DNA from: Octopus bimaculoides
Taxonomy: Eukaryota
Assembly (NCBI RefSeq): GCF_001194135.2
Contig: NC_068984.1
Coordinates: 124,108,595 to 124,172,594, forward strand
Length of the DNA stretch: 64,000 nucleotides
Direction: 5' to 3'
Under the pieces are notes generated by a model. The model made no database searches and had not been told where the DNA came from. It saw nothing but the letters and a program-made list of their open reading frames with translations. Position numbers and translations under genes: made by a program. Shown in pieces: positions 1 to 13,799 of this stretch. Position 1 is the stretch's first letter; the number at the start of each line of letters is the position of its first letter.

Positions 1-1047
1 CAGAGTACAAAATCCGCCCAGGTCGACTTTACCTTTTATCCTTCCGAACTCGATAAAATGAATACCAATTGAGTACTGGGGTCGATGTGATCGACTTAGC
101 CCCTCTCCGAAATTGCTGGCATTGAGCCAAAATTTTTGAGCAATATTTGGCTCAAAGCTACAAATTTTGACGGATGGACCCAAGTATTTAACTGATATTT
201 CCTTTTATCGACACCGGAAGGACTAACAGGTAAAGTTGATCTCAACGTGACTTGAACTCACAGCGTAAGGCGCCAGAAGAAAAATTCCGGTAGGCATTTT
301 GCCCGACCTGCTAATGATTCTGCTAGCATGCCATCTTAGGTTATAAAATAATTAAAAAAATATAATACTGGATCTAGAATTTTTGATTAATAAAGAGACA
401 AACAGAAAAAAATAAGCTCTTTATAGTAACATGAATATAATTAAAATACAATTCCAGTTTTGATAGTTAAACTGGGATTCAACACTAAAAATATGTTTAC
501 ATTGAAAGAAAAGAAAAACCTGCAGATTTAAACAAGGATGAAAATATGTGAGAATTAGTTTCCTTATATTTATTTTCTTTTATTTTTTGTATTATTTTAT
601 TTGTAACAGCACGTTTCGCTTTGTTTAACTGCAAATATCGTAATATTTCTTTAGAGTTTAAGGTGGCTCATAAAAGTATTCAGACAGAACATTAAGAATC
701 ATTCTCAGTGTTACTAAAGTAGCAAAATGACTTGAGAAGATTAGGAACTAGACAAACATACAGTGGTTGACATCCTGACATCGGCAATTTGCCATGAACA
801 TAATTACATCACAGGAGATTGTTTACAGTAACAAATGTACTTCCCAAATTGCACTTCAGCTTAGAGGCAATCCGAACTTTTAGCAATACTGTCATTGCAG
901 TATTTGTTTTTATGAGCCAGCCATGAAAGAAGAAAGCATTAACGTTTGCCGAACCTACGCCCCCTTATGAGAATGATGTTGTCGATACTCAATATGAACG
1001 TCTACTAGGGAAAAGTATAGATAGGTTAGCGAAAAAGCGTCAGCCTA

Positions 1048-1119
1048 GTTCGAATTCAAAATGAATTCCTGGTTCGAATACAAAATGAATTCCTGGTTCG
1101 AATACAAAATGAATTCCAC
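1048..1119. repeat. Minisatellite, 3 x 24 bp
   Basis: GTTCGAAT(T/A)CAAAATGAATTCC(TG/AC) repeated three times. Confidence 0.9.
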
Positions 1120-1859
1120 TGAAAGATGGAATGTTGGGCCAGACCTCTAGATTGCATGACAGTTTGAAAGAAAACGTCATAGTTCTATGAGCATCACCTG
1201 TATTTGCTTAAGTCTGATACCTAGATCCACATATAAGGCATGAGTCATTTGCACGTATCCATAAGCATGTCTTTGAAATAATTTTCCGAGATCTGTAGTT
1301 GAAATAATTTCCGGTATGCAACACCTGAATTTTCAGTACCGAAATACCTCCTCGGAAATTCTACCTGTAAAAGTTAATTAATCATTCGTGTATTTTAGCG
1401 ACTTCTAAATGAAAAATAACCAGTATCACAACAGTCAAATACAGCTGCAGTACATATTCAGTGACTTCTAATTTTCAGCAGATTCGCCGTCGTTAGTCTG
1501 ACGACAACATGCAAGCTAAAACTTCGAGGTCACGCTAAATATTAATAAATATAAACTCTACAAAAAAATATCCTTCGGTTTCATATTAAATTGTTTTTAT
1601 ATATAACTTCACTTAGGAACAAACATTAATATATACATATATAGGCAAATCAAAAATACAAACAAGAACAGAAAAAAACAACAAGAGTCAAATGGGCGTA
1701 TGCAGTAAATGTATTACACTGACACTCAAGAAGGTTTAAGATGAAAAAAAGAGGGGCGTGACGTTTCGTACATCGCTCTTCGTCAGAAAGAGAAAAGAGG
1801 AAAATGTCCGGAGAGAAGGAAAAGAATAGTCCGAGAAAACGACATGTGTCGTTACATAT

Positions 1860-1941
<82 letters not shown>

Positions 1942-2545
1942 ATGTATATATATATANNNNNNNNNNNNNNNNNNNNNNNNNNNNNNNNNNNNNNNNNNNN
2001 NNNNNNNNNNNNNNNNNNNNNNNNNNNNNNNNNNNNNNNNNNNNNNNNNNNNNNNNNNNNNNNNNNNNNNNNNNNNNNNNNNNNNNNNNNNNNNNNNNNN
2101 NNNNNNNNNNNNNNNNNNNNNNNNNNNNNNNNNNNNNNNNNNNNNNNNNNNNNNNNNNNNNNNNNNNNNNNNNNNNNNNNNNNNNNNNNNNNNNNNNNNN
2201 NNNNNNNNNNNNNNNNNNNNNNNNNNNNNNNNNNNNNNNNNNNNNNNNNNNNNNNNNNNNNNNNNNNNNNNNNNNNNNNNNNNNNNNNNNNNNNNNNNNN
2301 NNNNNNNNNNNNNNNNNNNNNNNNNNNNNNNNNNNNNNNNNNNNNNNNNNNNNNNNNNNNNNNNNNNNNNNNNNNNNNNNNNNNNNNNNNNNNNNNNNNN
2401 NNNNNNNNNNNNNNNNNNNNNNNNNNNNNNNNNNNNNNNNNNNNNNNNNNNNNNNNNNNNNNNNNNNNNNNNNNNNNNNNNNNNNNNNNNNNNNNNNNNN
2501 NNNNNNNNNNNNNNNNNNNNNNNNNNNNNNNNNNNNNNNNNNNNN

Positions 2546-2586
<41 letters not shown>

Positions 2587-3740
2587 CAGAGAGAGTAACT
2601 GATAGAGAGATTGTGTGTGTGTGCGCGCGCGCGTGTATCAACAGTTATTGTACATATGCAGAACATCTGACAGCTGCCATAAAAGCTCGTTTATTTGTCC
2701 TGAGTTTAAGCTTACGAAGGCATCTCTACCGTTTTAACATCGTCGATGAAATATGTTTTGTATTCATTGTCTCCAAGTTTAACAATAGGCTCGTGTTTGC
2801 CTCATGTTTGTCTTGTATAATCGCATTCTTTTCCTTTCTTTTCTTCTATTTTATTTTTCATATTCCTTTTTTTTTTCTTCTGGCAGAATTCTTAGAGTAT
2901 TAACATTCTGAATTCAAATCTCACTCAGGCCGTCTTTGCCTTTCATCCTCCCAGCGGTTGATAAAATAAAGTACCAGTGAAAAGTCACTGTCGATGGTAA
3001 TGAATAAATCCCTTACCTCAAAATTAATGGCCTTCTGACTAAATAAAATACCCTTATTAAATGGCGCTGAGCAGTTATAGTCAATAAAACATAGGACAAA
3101 ATTCTTTGCAATAATTATTCCGGTTCTTTACTGTTTCTGAGGTCAAATACCGCCGGGGTCAACTTTGCCTTTCATGCTTTCGGAGCAAATGAAATAAAAA
3201 ACCAGTCAAGCACTGGGATTGATGTAATTGGCTCGCTTCTTCCCGTTCAATTTTGAATCAATTCTTATTTTATTATTATTCGTATCGCAAAGGTGGCGAG
3301 CTGGTATAATCGTTAGCACATCGGGCAAAATGCTTCGCGGCATTTCGTCCGTTTTACATTCTGAGTTCAAATTCAACTGAAGTCGACTTTGCCTTTCATC
3401 CTTTCGGGGTCCAGTGAAAAACTGGGTCAATGTAATCGACTAATCCTTTCACCAAAAATTTCAGGCCTTGTGCCTTTAGTAGAAAGAATTATTTATTGTT
3501 TTGCAAGAAACAAATTCCTGTTCTTGATAATTATATCTGGATATTTTCTCTGATATCATTTTCAGTCTCGGTAGTTTGCATTGCACCACACACACACATA
3601 CACTGAGGCATGGCAATGTGGTAAGAAGCTTGCTTCCCAACCACATGGCTCCAGGTTCAGTCCCAATATATGGCAACGTCTTCTGCTTTTGCTTTGGGCC
3701 GAACGAATCATTATGAGTGGACTCGGTAGACGGAAAATCG

Positions 3741-3775
<35 letters not shown>

Positions 3776-5442
3776 GTATATATGCATATATATATATANN
3801 NNNNNNNNNNNNNNNNNNNNNNNNNNNNNNNNNNNNNNNNNNNNNNNNNNNNNNNNNNNNNNNNNNNNNNNNNNNNNNNNNNNNNNNNNNNNNNNNNNNN
3901 NNNNNNNNNNNNNNNNNNNNNNNNNNNNNNNNNNNGGAGATATACAGTTGACAATTCAAAAATTAAAATTTATTAACATAATATTTTATTATATTATATT
4001 TTGATAATAATATAATAAATAATATATATCGAATACAAATTACATGCAATTGTTTCGATTCTTACCTATAATAAAATTACAAAATTTCATTGTTTGTGGG
4101 TAAGAATCTCTTCAGTGTAATTTTTGATATATGAGGATTCACAGATCCAAGAAAAGACTGAATTTAAATATATTCATGTTTTCAAGCGTGCGCGTCAATA
4201 ATTAAAAACAAAAACAAACAAAAAATTTAAAAAATGAAAAATAAACTAATACAAAGGACATAAAATATATTTGTATACTATTAAGTATTTTAATCTAAAT
4301 ATATCTTAGCTCATTAGTTTGTTTTTTTTAAATACCAGAAACAATATCTTAAAAATATATTTAAAAAAACCATGGCGAAATAAGAAATATCCCTTTCATT
4401 CTTTCATATTATTAAAAAATAGACGTTATTATAATAACAATATCCTATTTATCTATGGGTAAATAGCAAAATAATATATTTCAAATTTTTTATCACCAAA
4501 TAGCAAATAATATTATAAATTTCATTGCATTAATTATTTATAATAATCTTTACTAAAAATCAAAGATTAATAATTAAAAATTACGTAGTTTATATAAGAA
4601 AGAAACTTTGGAGAAAGAAACTAAAAAAAGAAACTAAGAAAGAAACTTGTGGAGTCAAACAGACATAGACACACACACACGCACACGCACAAAAACACAC
4701 ACACATACAAGTATATACTGCAGGCTCCTTTCAGTTTTCATTTACCAAATCCACTCACAAGGCTTTGGTTGGTCCGAAGCTATAGCAGACGACACCTGCC
4801 CAAGGTGCCACTTAGTGGAATTGAACCTGAAATCATGTGGATAAGAAGTCAGCTTCGTGCCACACAGCCACGCGTACAGAAAGTGTAGATGAGCACAGAC
4901 ATACACAGAGACACGTACAAATACATACATATATACATGCCTACATACATGCATCCATACATATAAACAATCATACATACATACATACATACATACAAAC
5001 ATACATACATACACACACATGTTACAAATACGGAGGGGAAAGCACAGAAATGCCAACAAAAATACCATACCCCAACAAAATAAAAACGATAATGATGGTA
5101 AAGGAGAAAAACAATAAAGAAAGCACAACAAAAGCAAACAACAAATGTTGGGGAAAAGCAACAGCGACAATGCAGAGAGAGAAGGGAGGAAGTCACGTGC
5201 CCCTTTTCCTGTTTGCTAGACACCAATCAGCACCCCTTCTATTGCCTCATTTGTAAAATGTTCTAGCTCTGAAAGCAGCTAAACCAAACGTCTGCCGAGA
5301 GTTTAAACGTTTCTAAGGTGAGTGGAGATGTTTCTTGGATTTCTATTTCGTAGACTTTTCTGTTCATTGTCCTTGTTGTTGTTCTTGATGTAGCCGTCGT
5401 CGTCGTCGTCGTTGTTGTTGTTGTTGTTGTTGTTCTTCTTCT

Positions 5443-5474
<32 letters not shown>

Positions 5475-5542
5475 TTCTTCTTCTTCTTCTTCTTCTTCTT
5501 CTTCTNNNNNNNNNNAGATTATCATCATCATCATCATCATCA

Positions 5543-5600
<58 letters not shown>

Positions 5601-6145
5601 GGCGGTGAGTTGGCAGAATCGTTAGAGCGCTGGACGAAATATTACGTTCTGAATTCAAATTTCGCCGAGGTCGCTTTTGCTTTTCATCCTTTCGAGTTTG
5701 ATAAAATAAGTACCAGTTGAACACTGGAGTCAATATAATCGACTCATCCACCTCCCCTAAAATTGCTGGCCTTGTGGCAAAATTTGAAACCATTAATAAT
5801 GTTTTTTGTTTTATTAGCCACATGGGCCCACATAGAACATACTCGGACGCAAATATAGGGGCACAAACGGACAGAAACGGAGAGGTCTACCGAGTAAACA
5901 TTTAAAACAATAACAAATATTAACAATAAAATTAAACAAGTACAATTCCTCAGTAGGGTGGTGGGGGAACTTCCAAAGGAAAACCGTGCAAACCCCACAG
6001 AAAATCAGTTTCCTTGACCACTTAGGCAAGTATTTCCTCTCCCTTTTGCTCCATTAAGAAGGGCTTGCTCAGAGCAGGTCCGTTCACACGAACCATGCTC
6101 GCTACTCTCGTTCACCTTTCAATAAATTAAAACCATTAATAAGGC

Positions 6146-6190
<45 letters not shown>

Positions 6191-6200
6191 TAATAATAAT

Positions 6201-6750
6201 TGCCCGGTTGTAGTACCAGGCAGTGGCTCTCATGGCTTCTGATCTTAATTGATTGGAAGTGTTATCATGTATATGTTTTGTCTTGGTATAAAATATGGGC
6301 TACAGCAAATATTCTGCTTAATACCACAGATTTGCTAGTCATTTGTTTGACCTTAACCATTTGAGCATGTCCCTTGGTGGCTGACGATATGTGCATCTCT
6401 GATCCTGAGCAGAAGTAGTGGGAGAGCATCATAGCCATGAGTTGAGAGGAATTCTTTGGGGTTTAGATAATTCACCTTTGGTAACATGGGTGTTTTCCTC
6501 AAAATACTTAAACCTTATTCAAGAACCTTTTGAGCGGGATGGGCTACTCGACTTGAAGAAAATTCTAACTGGGCCCCACCTGCGAGATCATGCGCTGTTT
6601 ATCTTGATATGAGATCACCATGTTGCGCACATATGGTTGTGGTGCATGTGTCTGTTGTACCCTTATCAGACGGGTAGTCATGTTGGGTATAATGGGCTTC
6701 GTATATTTTACCCCAGTGTCACTTTGATGGTATGAGCTGCTCTCTCACTC
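6201..6750 (+). mobile_element. Non-coding interspersed element flanked on both sides by (AAT)n; a second, shorter copy lies at 29648-29878 (-)
   Basis: 6510-6750 is the reverse complement of 29648-29878. Both copies end ..GCTCTCTCACTC followed directly by (AAT)n. Confidence 0.75.
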
Positions 6751-6788
<38 letters not shown>

Positions 6789-8698
6789 GGCGAGTTGGCA
6801 GAATCGGTATCACACTGTAAAATGCTTAGCGGTATTTCGTCCGTCTTTACGTTCTGAGTTCAAATTTAGCCGAGGTCAACTTTCCCTTTCAATCTCTAGG
6901 GGGTCGATAAAATAAGTATCAGTCGTGTACTGGGGTCGATGTAATCGACTATCTCCCAACTCCAAATTTCAGGCCTTGTGCCTATAGTAAAAAGGATTCT
7001 CAAGGTGGTGAGATGGCAGAATCGTTACCGTGCCGAGCAAAATGCTTAGCACCATTTCGTCCGTCCGTATGCTCTGAGCTCAAATTCCGCCGAGGTCAAC
7101 TTGCCTTTTATTCCATCGGGGTGAACTTTCAATTCACGAACCGCAAGCACCGATACTAAAAGCTATCAATATACACTTAGTCCAGTAATTTATCTATCAT
7201 AAAGTGGTAAGTTGGCTAAAGTAAGAATAACACAAAATGCACGGTTCGAATTCAGAAAAACTTCATTGGTTCCTTCACACAAGACTGCCAAAGATAGCAG
7301 TTAAAAAATATTCATAGCACCTGTGGAAGCTGCAGAATCTCCCGAAGATTTGACCATTTCTATTGTTATTGTAATGGCATGAACTTTCCCTGCTATGAAC
7401 TCTTTGCGTTGCGTGCTCAAATCCCACCGAAGTTAATTTCGCCTGTTGTCACTTTGTCCCCCCCCCACCCTAAAAAAAAAGTTATCAGTGAAATACTGGG
7501 GTCGGTAGTATCGATTAATCCCCTCTCCTCAAAAATTGTTGTCTTTGTGCCTAAATTAGAAACTATTATGTCTTGAAATGACCACATTCTTCCCCACCTA
7601 ACCAAACTACAAAAATGCTTATGTTAAATATTAGAACAACATGAATGACCAAGTGGTTAAAATATTAAAGAACTATCTCAATACATTTTTAAAAGTATTA
7701 TCATATCTTTCTATTAATCTTCTAATCCGAGGAGAACAACACGTAGGATGTTCCTTAGTTTGTTCGCTCTGATATTTAGGTGTTCCATTAGTAATCAGAA
7801 GTGTAATGTCAAAGCGATTTTTAGACATCATGATACGCTTCATTTGGAATGTTGTTGTCAAGCTCGATCTCGACCTTATCTGGAGTATGTGCTAGCGTGG
7901 CTGAGTCTGGAATTGCTACGGTAACTACTCGGTCACTTGGAAAACAACTCGGAAACTACTAGAGATTTGATTCCAGTATTTCAACTTCTTGGTCCAAACG
8001 GTCTTCTCTATTACTGATTTACCTCTTTGACAGAACCTTTCTGGATGATAGAAACACCTTGGGCAAGTGCCTTCTGCTATAGGCTCAGGCCGACCAAAGC
8101 CTTGTGAGTGGATTTGGTGGACGGAAACTGAAAGAAGCCCGTCGTATATATACATATATATACACATGCGTGTGTTTTGTGTTTTTGTGTCGGTGTTTGT
8201 TCCCCCATCACCGCTTAACAACTAGTGTTGGTGTGTTTACGTCCCCGTTTCTTAGAATAAGTACCATGCTGAAAAAGAAAATAAGTGTTAGAGTCGATTT
8301 TTTCAACTAAAACCCTTCAAGGTGGTGCTCCAGCAGGGCCGCTGTCACATGACTGAAAAAAGTAAAAAAATAAACGAATAATAATGTGTGTGTGTGTGTA
8401 TGTGCGTGTGTATGTATGCATGATAATATTATGTATGTATGTATGTATGCATGTATGTATGTATGTATGTATATATGTATGGGTTGCTTTAATAGGCCTC
8501 AACACCTGATAATGTATGCACAAACCCGGAACGTTTTACCTGGTTGCATACATACATTCATACATACGTACATACATACATAACCCTCCACACACATATA
8601 TACATGTATGTATATATTAGTATGTATGTATGTTTGTATGTATGTATGTTTGTTTGTATGTATGTATGTGTGTCTATATATATGTGTGTGTGTGTGTC

Positions 8699-8731
<33 letters not shown>

Positions 8732-8878
8732 TTGTGTATGTATGTATGTATGTATGTATGCATCACTAAATTTTGTAATTCCATAATTCCATTCTTTCAA
8801 AATCCATTTGTAACACAAAGACTCAAGTAATTTTCTATTGTATCTCACCCACCTCTTTCCCACATCCTTTCTGCCCTC

Positions 8879-9069
<191 letters not shown>

Positions 9070-9778
9070 GTCTCTCACTTTTTGTCATTTACTTTCCACC
9101 TCCCTCTCTGTTTTCATTTCCCCTTCTGCCCTGCTCCAGCTCTTTTATTTAACTGGTAATCGTGAGTAGACTTTCATAGAATCTATTATGTAACTAATGA
9201 ACAACAAACTCACTCAGCTAATCGCATCTTCTGTTCATTAAATATATCTCAGATTTTGAAATCCTTTCTGATTCTCAAGGTAACATTCCCAGCTGCCGCT
9301 GTCATTTAATCTAGAATGTTCTGGATATTTCTAATACTTCAACTAACCCCAGTTGAGATAAGGCACACATATCTCTTGGCCTCTTATCGATTTTCTATTA
9401 CACTTTAAACTAGCAGCTATTTCTGCCGTGTTTCTGCAGTGTTGCGAATGCGTATGGTAATGTCGTGCCTATAAAAGCACATATGCATATATAAATTACT
9501 GCATGTAATCCTGTACATATGTTTGTATGTATGTATGTTTGTTTTATGTATGCGTTTGTTTGTGTGCGTGTGTGTATGTTAATGCTGTTAGCTTCATTTG
9601 TCTGAAAAATCCATTCCTAACTCGAAGAATCAAAGCTGTTCTAAGTATGTTTGTACGTTTGTACGTATTTATGTAGGCTTGTGTATATATTTGTGTGAAC
9701 GAATGTTATGTTTAAAAGCATTTTTGCGCGTCTGTCTACTTATCTATCTATCTATCAATCTATCTATTTATCTATCAA

Positions 9779-9878
<100 letters not shown>

Positions 9879-10092
9879 CTTGTTTGCATGTATGTCTCTA
9901 AGTTTCCACCTATATATCTATATTTATACATGTTTCTTTTTCTAGATTAACTAGATTAACACAATCCTGATGGAAGGAAATTTCGTGCTTTACAAAAAAA
10001 GCCCACTTCCAATGGTCTTGTTATCTGTTTTTTAAAGACATTTTTTGTATAAAATTAATAGTTTTTAATTTTAGAATACAGTTTTTTATCAT

Positions 10093-10310
10093 GGCGGCGA
10101 GCTGGCAGAAACGGTAGTACGACAGGCGAACTGCTTATCGGTATTTCTTCTGTCGTTACGTTTTGAGTTCGAATTCCACCGAGGTCGACTTTGCCTTTTA
10201 TCCTTCGGGGTCGATAAATTAAGTACCGGTTGCATACTGTGGTCGATCTAATCGACTGTCCTCCTTCCCTAAACATTTTCGGGCCTTGCGCCTGGAGTAG
10301 AAAAGATTAC
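10093..10310 (+). mobile_element. SINE family A (tRNA head with Meta-like central domain), representative full copy
   Basis: GGCGGCGAGCTGGCAGAA (A box) .. GAGTTCGAATTCC (B box) .. GGTCGACTTTGCCTTT.ATCCTT.CGGGGTCGATAAATTAAGTACC. More than 25 copies or fragments are seen by eye, e.g. 1-335, 2905-3490, 5600-5800, 6788-7120, 7405-7570, 18930-19143, 26640-26810, 36930-37090. Confidence 0.85.
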
Positions 10311-11542
10311 ATTTTTTCATATATTGTTACTGTATAAAGACTTTTTCCTGCGTAGTCAGAAGTTTGCTTCCCAACCACATGGTTCAGAGTTCAGTCCTAC
10401 TGCGTGGCACCCTGTGCAAGTGTCTTCTACTATTACTGCGGGCTGATCAAAAGCATGTGAGTGGAAACTGAAAGAAGAGTACCGTATATCTTTTATCTTA
10501 TCTTTCAGTTTTTTCAGTCATTAGAATGCGGCCATGGTGGGGCACTACCTTGAAGGATTTTAGCAGAATGGATCGACCTCAGTATTTTTTTTAAAGCCTG
10601 GTACTTATTTTATCAAACTCTTTTGCGGAACTGCTAAGTTACGGGTACGTAAACACACCAACACTGGGTGTCAAACAGTGGTGGTGGACCAAAAACATAA
10701 ATACACACACACGCACACACACACACATACGGTAGGCTTCTTTTAGTTTTCACCTACCAAATCGACTCACAAGTCTATGGTCAGCCCGTGGCTATAGAAA
10801 AATCAAGTTTCTTACCACAAAGTCACACCTGCACCTGTGTATATGTGTGTATGTATGTGTGCATGTGTAAGTGTGTGTGTGTATGCGTGTGTTTATTTGT
10901 GTCTATCCCTCGCCACCGCTTGAAAAACGGTGTTGGTATGTTTACGTCCCAGTAACTTACCGGTTCGGCCTAAGAGACTGATAGAATAAGTACCAAGCTA
11001 AAGAAAAAGCAAAAAACATGAAATGAACTACTTTTTTAAAAACCACTATAATCGTTTCGACACGCTTTTACACTCGTAACACATTGGGAAGATGTGTAAT
11101 CTCCATCATCCATCTGTGGTAAAATGCACCTCTTCAGGTGGTTGCTTTGAATAGTCCCTTCGTAAGTATGTATGTATGTATATGTATATATATATATATA
11201 TATNNNNNNNNNNNNNNNNNNNNNNNNNNNNNNNNNNNNNNNNNNNNNNNNNNNNNNNNNNNNNNNNNNNNNNNNNNNNNNNNNNNNNNNNNNNNNNNNN
11301 NNNNNNNNNNNNNNNNNNNNNNNNNNNNNNNNNNNNNNNNNNNCCGTCGTATATATGTATATATATATATATGTGAGTGTGTGTGTGATTGTGTGTGTTT
11401 GTGTGTGTGTTTGTGTGTGTGTGTGTGTGCGCGTTCCTTCATAATTTATGTAAATTACAGCGTCGGAAGTTAAATAGTGACAAGATTGACAGTCCCATAG
11501 CTTGTCTGGAATCGAAGTGAGAAAATCCACTCGGTCCCTCTC

Positions 11543-11779
11543 TTACTGAGCTCCATTATCTTTAGAAGAAAGTTTCGCACGGCAAAGCCCTCTAGTCTCA
11601 TCTAGCTCTTTCCCTGCTAGAAAAAAAAGGTAAAAGCCTCCTTCAGAAAGTGTTCCTGATTCTGCAAGACGTATCTGATGGAGTGTAGTGATGTCCATTC
11701 CAAATTTTAGAAGTTCATTGTTAATCACTGTTGCTTTTCGTGCATCACTGATGTTCAGGAGGTAACATGACAGTCTCAT
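11543..11779 (-). mobile_element. RTE-clade LINE apurinic-type endonuclease fragment (pseudogene)
   Basis: Translation DARKATVINNELLKFGMDITTLHQIRLAESGTLSEGGFYLFFLAGK matches the RTE EN N-terminal pattern (DARK..VI..EL....DI..LQETRL..SG.L.E..Y.FFW.GK). Confidence 0.75.
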
Positions 11780-11982
11780 GATCGTATTCTCTACATTCCA
11801 GGATTATTGACTGAATGTTGGCTTTCAATTGTTTTCTGACTCTTGGTGCATTCTTAGCATTCGTACTTCTGACTACTTGTATCTCTAAGCCCTACATAAC
11901 CTACGCATTGAGGCACACTGACTGTGGTGTGATAGCACCTAATTTGATGGTTTCTGTTCTATATTTAAGAGATGAGGTATTA

Positions 11983-12110
11983 TGTACATTATTTACATTT
12001 GACGGATACTTGTCCTCATCTTGTTTGTTGTTAACATGTTTCAGCCTTCTTCGGTTGTCTTGGGGGAAATTTCGAACCTGGGTTCTCATTCCTAAGCTGT
12101 TTTTCGATGT
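11983..12110 (-). mobile_element. Penelope-like terminal module, copy 1 (internal deletion in the hammerhead-like part)
   Basis: Reverse complement of the module at 16061-16209; stem II is collapsed between the GGCTG and GAAA segments. Confidence 0.65.
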
Positions 12111-12133
12111 TATTATTATTATCATTATTATTA

Positions 12134-12450
12134 TTTTATGTTTGACTTTTGCTTTGCATTTGTACAATTTGGATCCAAGTCTCACCCAGAGACCTCAAGA
12201 GACAACAAGTTAGAAGTTCATGTAGGTGTTATGCCTAGGGTACCATATATTTCGATTTGTACATAGTGTTGTTCCAGAGAATGTTTAAGAAACCATAAGA
12301 AAATTATGTGTTTGTTTTAATATTTGAGATCACATAGACAGTATTTTACGTAGGATATGGGCAGTTCCCATGAGCACTATCTTTTGAACTTCAGCCATTT
12401 TGGGGTTTCCTGGTATCTGAGCTAGGTAGTAATCAGCCCGTTTCGCTGTC
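12134..12450 (-). mobile_element. 5'-truncated R4/Dong-type (RLE) non-LTR retrotransposon 3' end inserted in (AAT)n
   Basis: Minus strand 12450-12330 encodes ADYYLAQIPGNPKMAEVQKIVLMGTAHILRKILSM*, the C-terminal motif of R4/Dong-type ORFs. A 3' UTR follows, and there is (AAT)n on both sides. Confidence 0.75.
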
Positions 12451-12474
12451 ATTATTATTATTATTATTATTATT

Positions 12475-12552
12475 GTTCAGGTCACTGCTTGGAATCGAAC
12501 TCGGAATCTTGGGGTTAGTAGCCCGCGCTCTTAGTCACTACGCCATATGCCC
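12475..12552 (-). mobile_element. tRNA-derived SINE head (not a functional tRNA)
   Basis: GGGCATATGGCGTAG (A box) .. GGGCTACTAACCC (anticodon-arm-like) .. GAGTTCGATTCC (B box) .. GTGACCTGAAC then (AAT)n. The acceptor stem does not pair. Confidence 0.75.
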
Positions 12553-12575
12553 ACGGGCATATGGCGTAGTGGTTA

Positions 12576-12689
12576 AATTTCCCCCAAGACACCTGAAAAA
12601 GGCTGGAGGGTATATCAGCCGAAACGTTGTGTTAACAACAAACAAGATGAGGACAAATATCCGTCGAATGTAAATAATGTAAATAATGT
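12576..12689 (+). mobile_element. Penelope-like terminal module, copy 2
   Basis: ATTTCCCCCAAGACACCTGAAAAAGGCTGGAGGGTATATCAGCCGAAACGTTGTGTTAACAAC..GTAAATAATGTAAATAATG; the CTGANGAAGGC..GCCGAAACGT motif is typical of PLE ends. Confidence 0.65.
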
Positions 12690-13747
12690 TGATGGTTTAT
12701 GCTTAGCTTGAGACGGATGGTAGCTGTCTAGTGTGACAGGATGGCCCCTCCTTTCCTTGAAACAAGTATTTAGAACATACTTGTCCACAGTGTCCCTTTT
12801 TAAGATTATAGAGTGTGATTTGAGGTAGAGTAGGTGGCTATTTCTAGCGTGACAAAAATCACATACAGGCTCCAACTTTGGCACAAACTTTTAACTATAT
12901 AATTCAGAACGCGTATATAAACAGGTGCACAAAATTTTCCTTTCACTAATCAATGATATAATTATTTAAATCACTTAATCAATCAATCGATGATGGAAAT
13001 CTAATCAATGAATACAGATCTATTTTCCTAGATATTGATCACACGGATATAGAGTTGGTTGCAAGACAATGCTAAGAGACTTATAAGTATATCTTATCGC
13101 AAGCAGCATAAGTATGTTAGTAAACCTATAACAAGTTTACAGAATAATTAATAATATTATTAAAGGTATCTTAACTATCTCTTCCACTCAAACACTGTGT
13201 TACACTTTCTTGGACGAGTCCGCAGTTAACGTTTATAATAACTTCCATATCTACATTCTTTATATTGATCTGTTATATTTTTGTTTTATTATTGTTTTAC
13301 TTAGCTACAGGGCGAGTATTCTTTGTAACACTGTGCGAATGTTCATTGTGAAAGATAATAATAATTCTTCTGCGCTCTTTTCATGAATTTCATACAAAAG
13401 AGGCTTATGCTTTATTAATAGATTTTTCTTTTTGTATATCTCCCTTATATTTTCTTTTGAGCGTTTGGTGGATATATCCTTGATGTATATCTTAATCTTA
13501 TATATATATATATATATGGTGAGAGAGAAAGAGAGAAAGAAAGGCCTATATGTATGTATATAGATATACATTGTATGGTTTACGCAGTGTTACGCAGTGT
13601 TACCCCCAAGATTCTATAGATACAGTATGTTGTGTAGTACATTATAAGAATGAAACAAAATACTATTAACATATCAGTTACATATCTCTGTGTGAATACA
13701 CATGTATGTATATATGCATGCATGTATGTATTATGTACACATATATG

Positions 13748-13799
<52 letters not shown>

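Noticed and set aside
915-1065. Protein-like short frame (..TPPYENDVVDTQYERLLGK..) as a possible terminal exon
   Set aside because: There is an in-frame stop just upstream, no convincing acceptor and no recognisable homology.
1048-1119. CRISPR-like direct repeats
   Set aside because: The 24-bp units are contiguous with no spacers, in a eukaryotic context with no cas genes. It is an ordinary minisatellite.
12475-12552. Possible genuine tRNA gene (Ser/Asn-like anticodon arm); the same applies to the family C heads
   Set aside because: The acceptor stem does not pair, there is no oligo-T terminator, and copies are dispersed and diverged. These are SINE heads.
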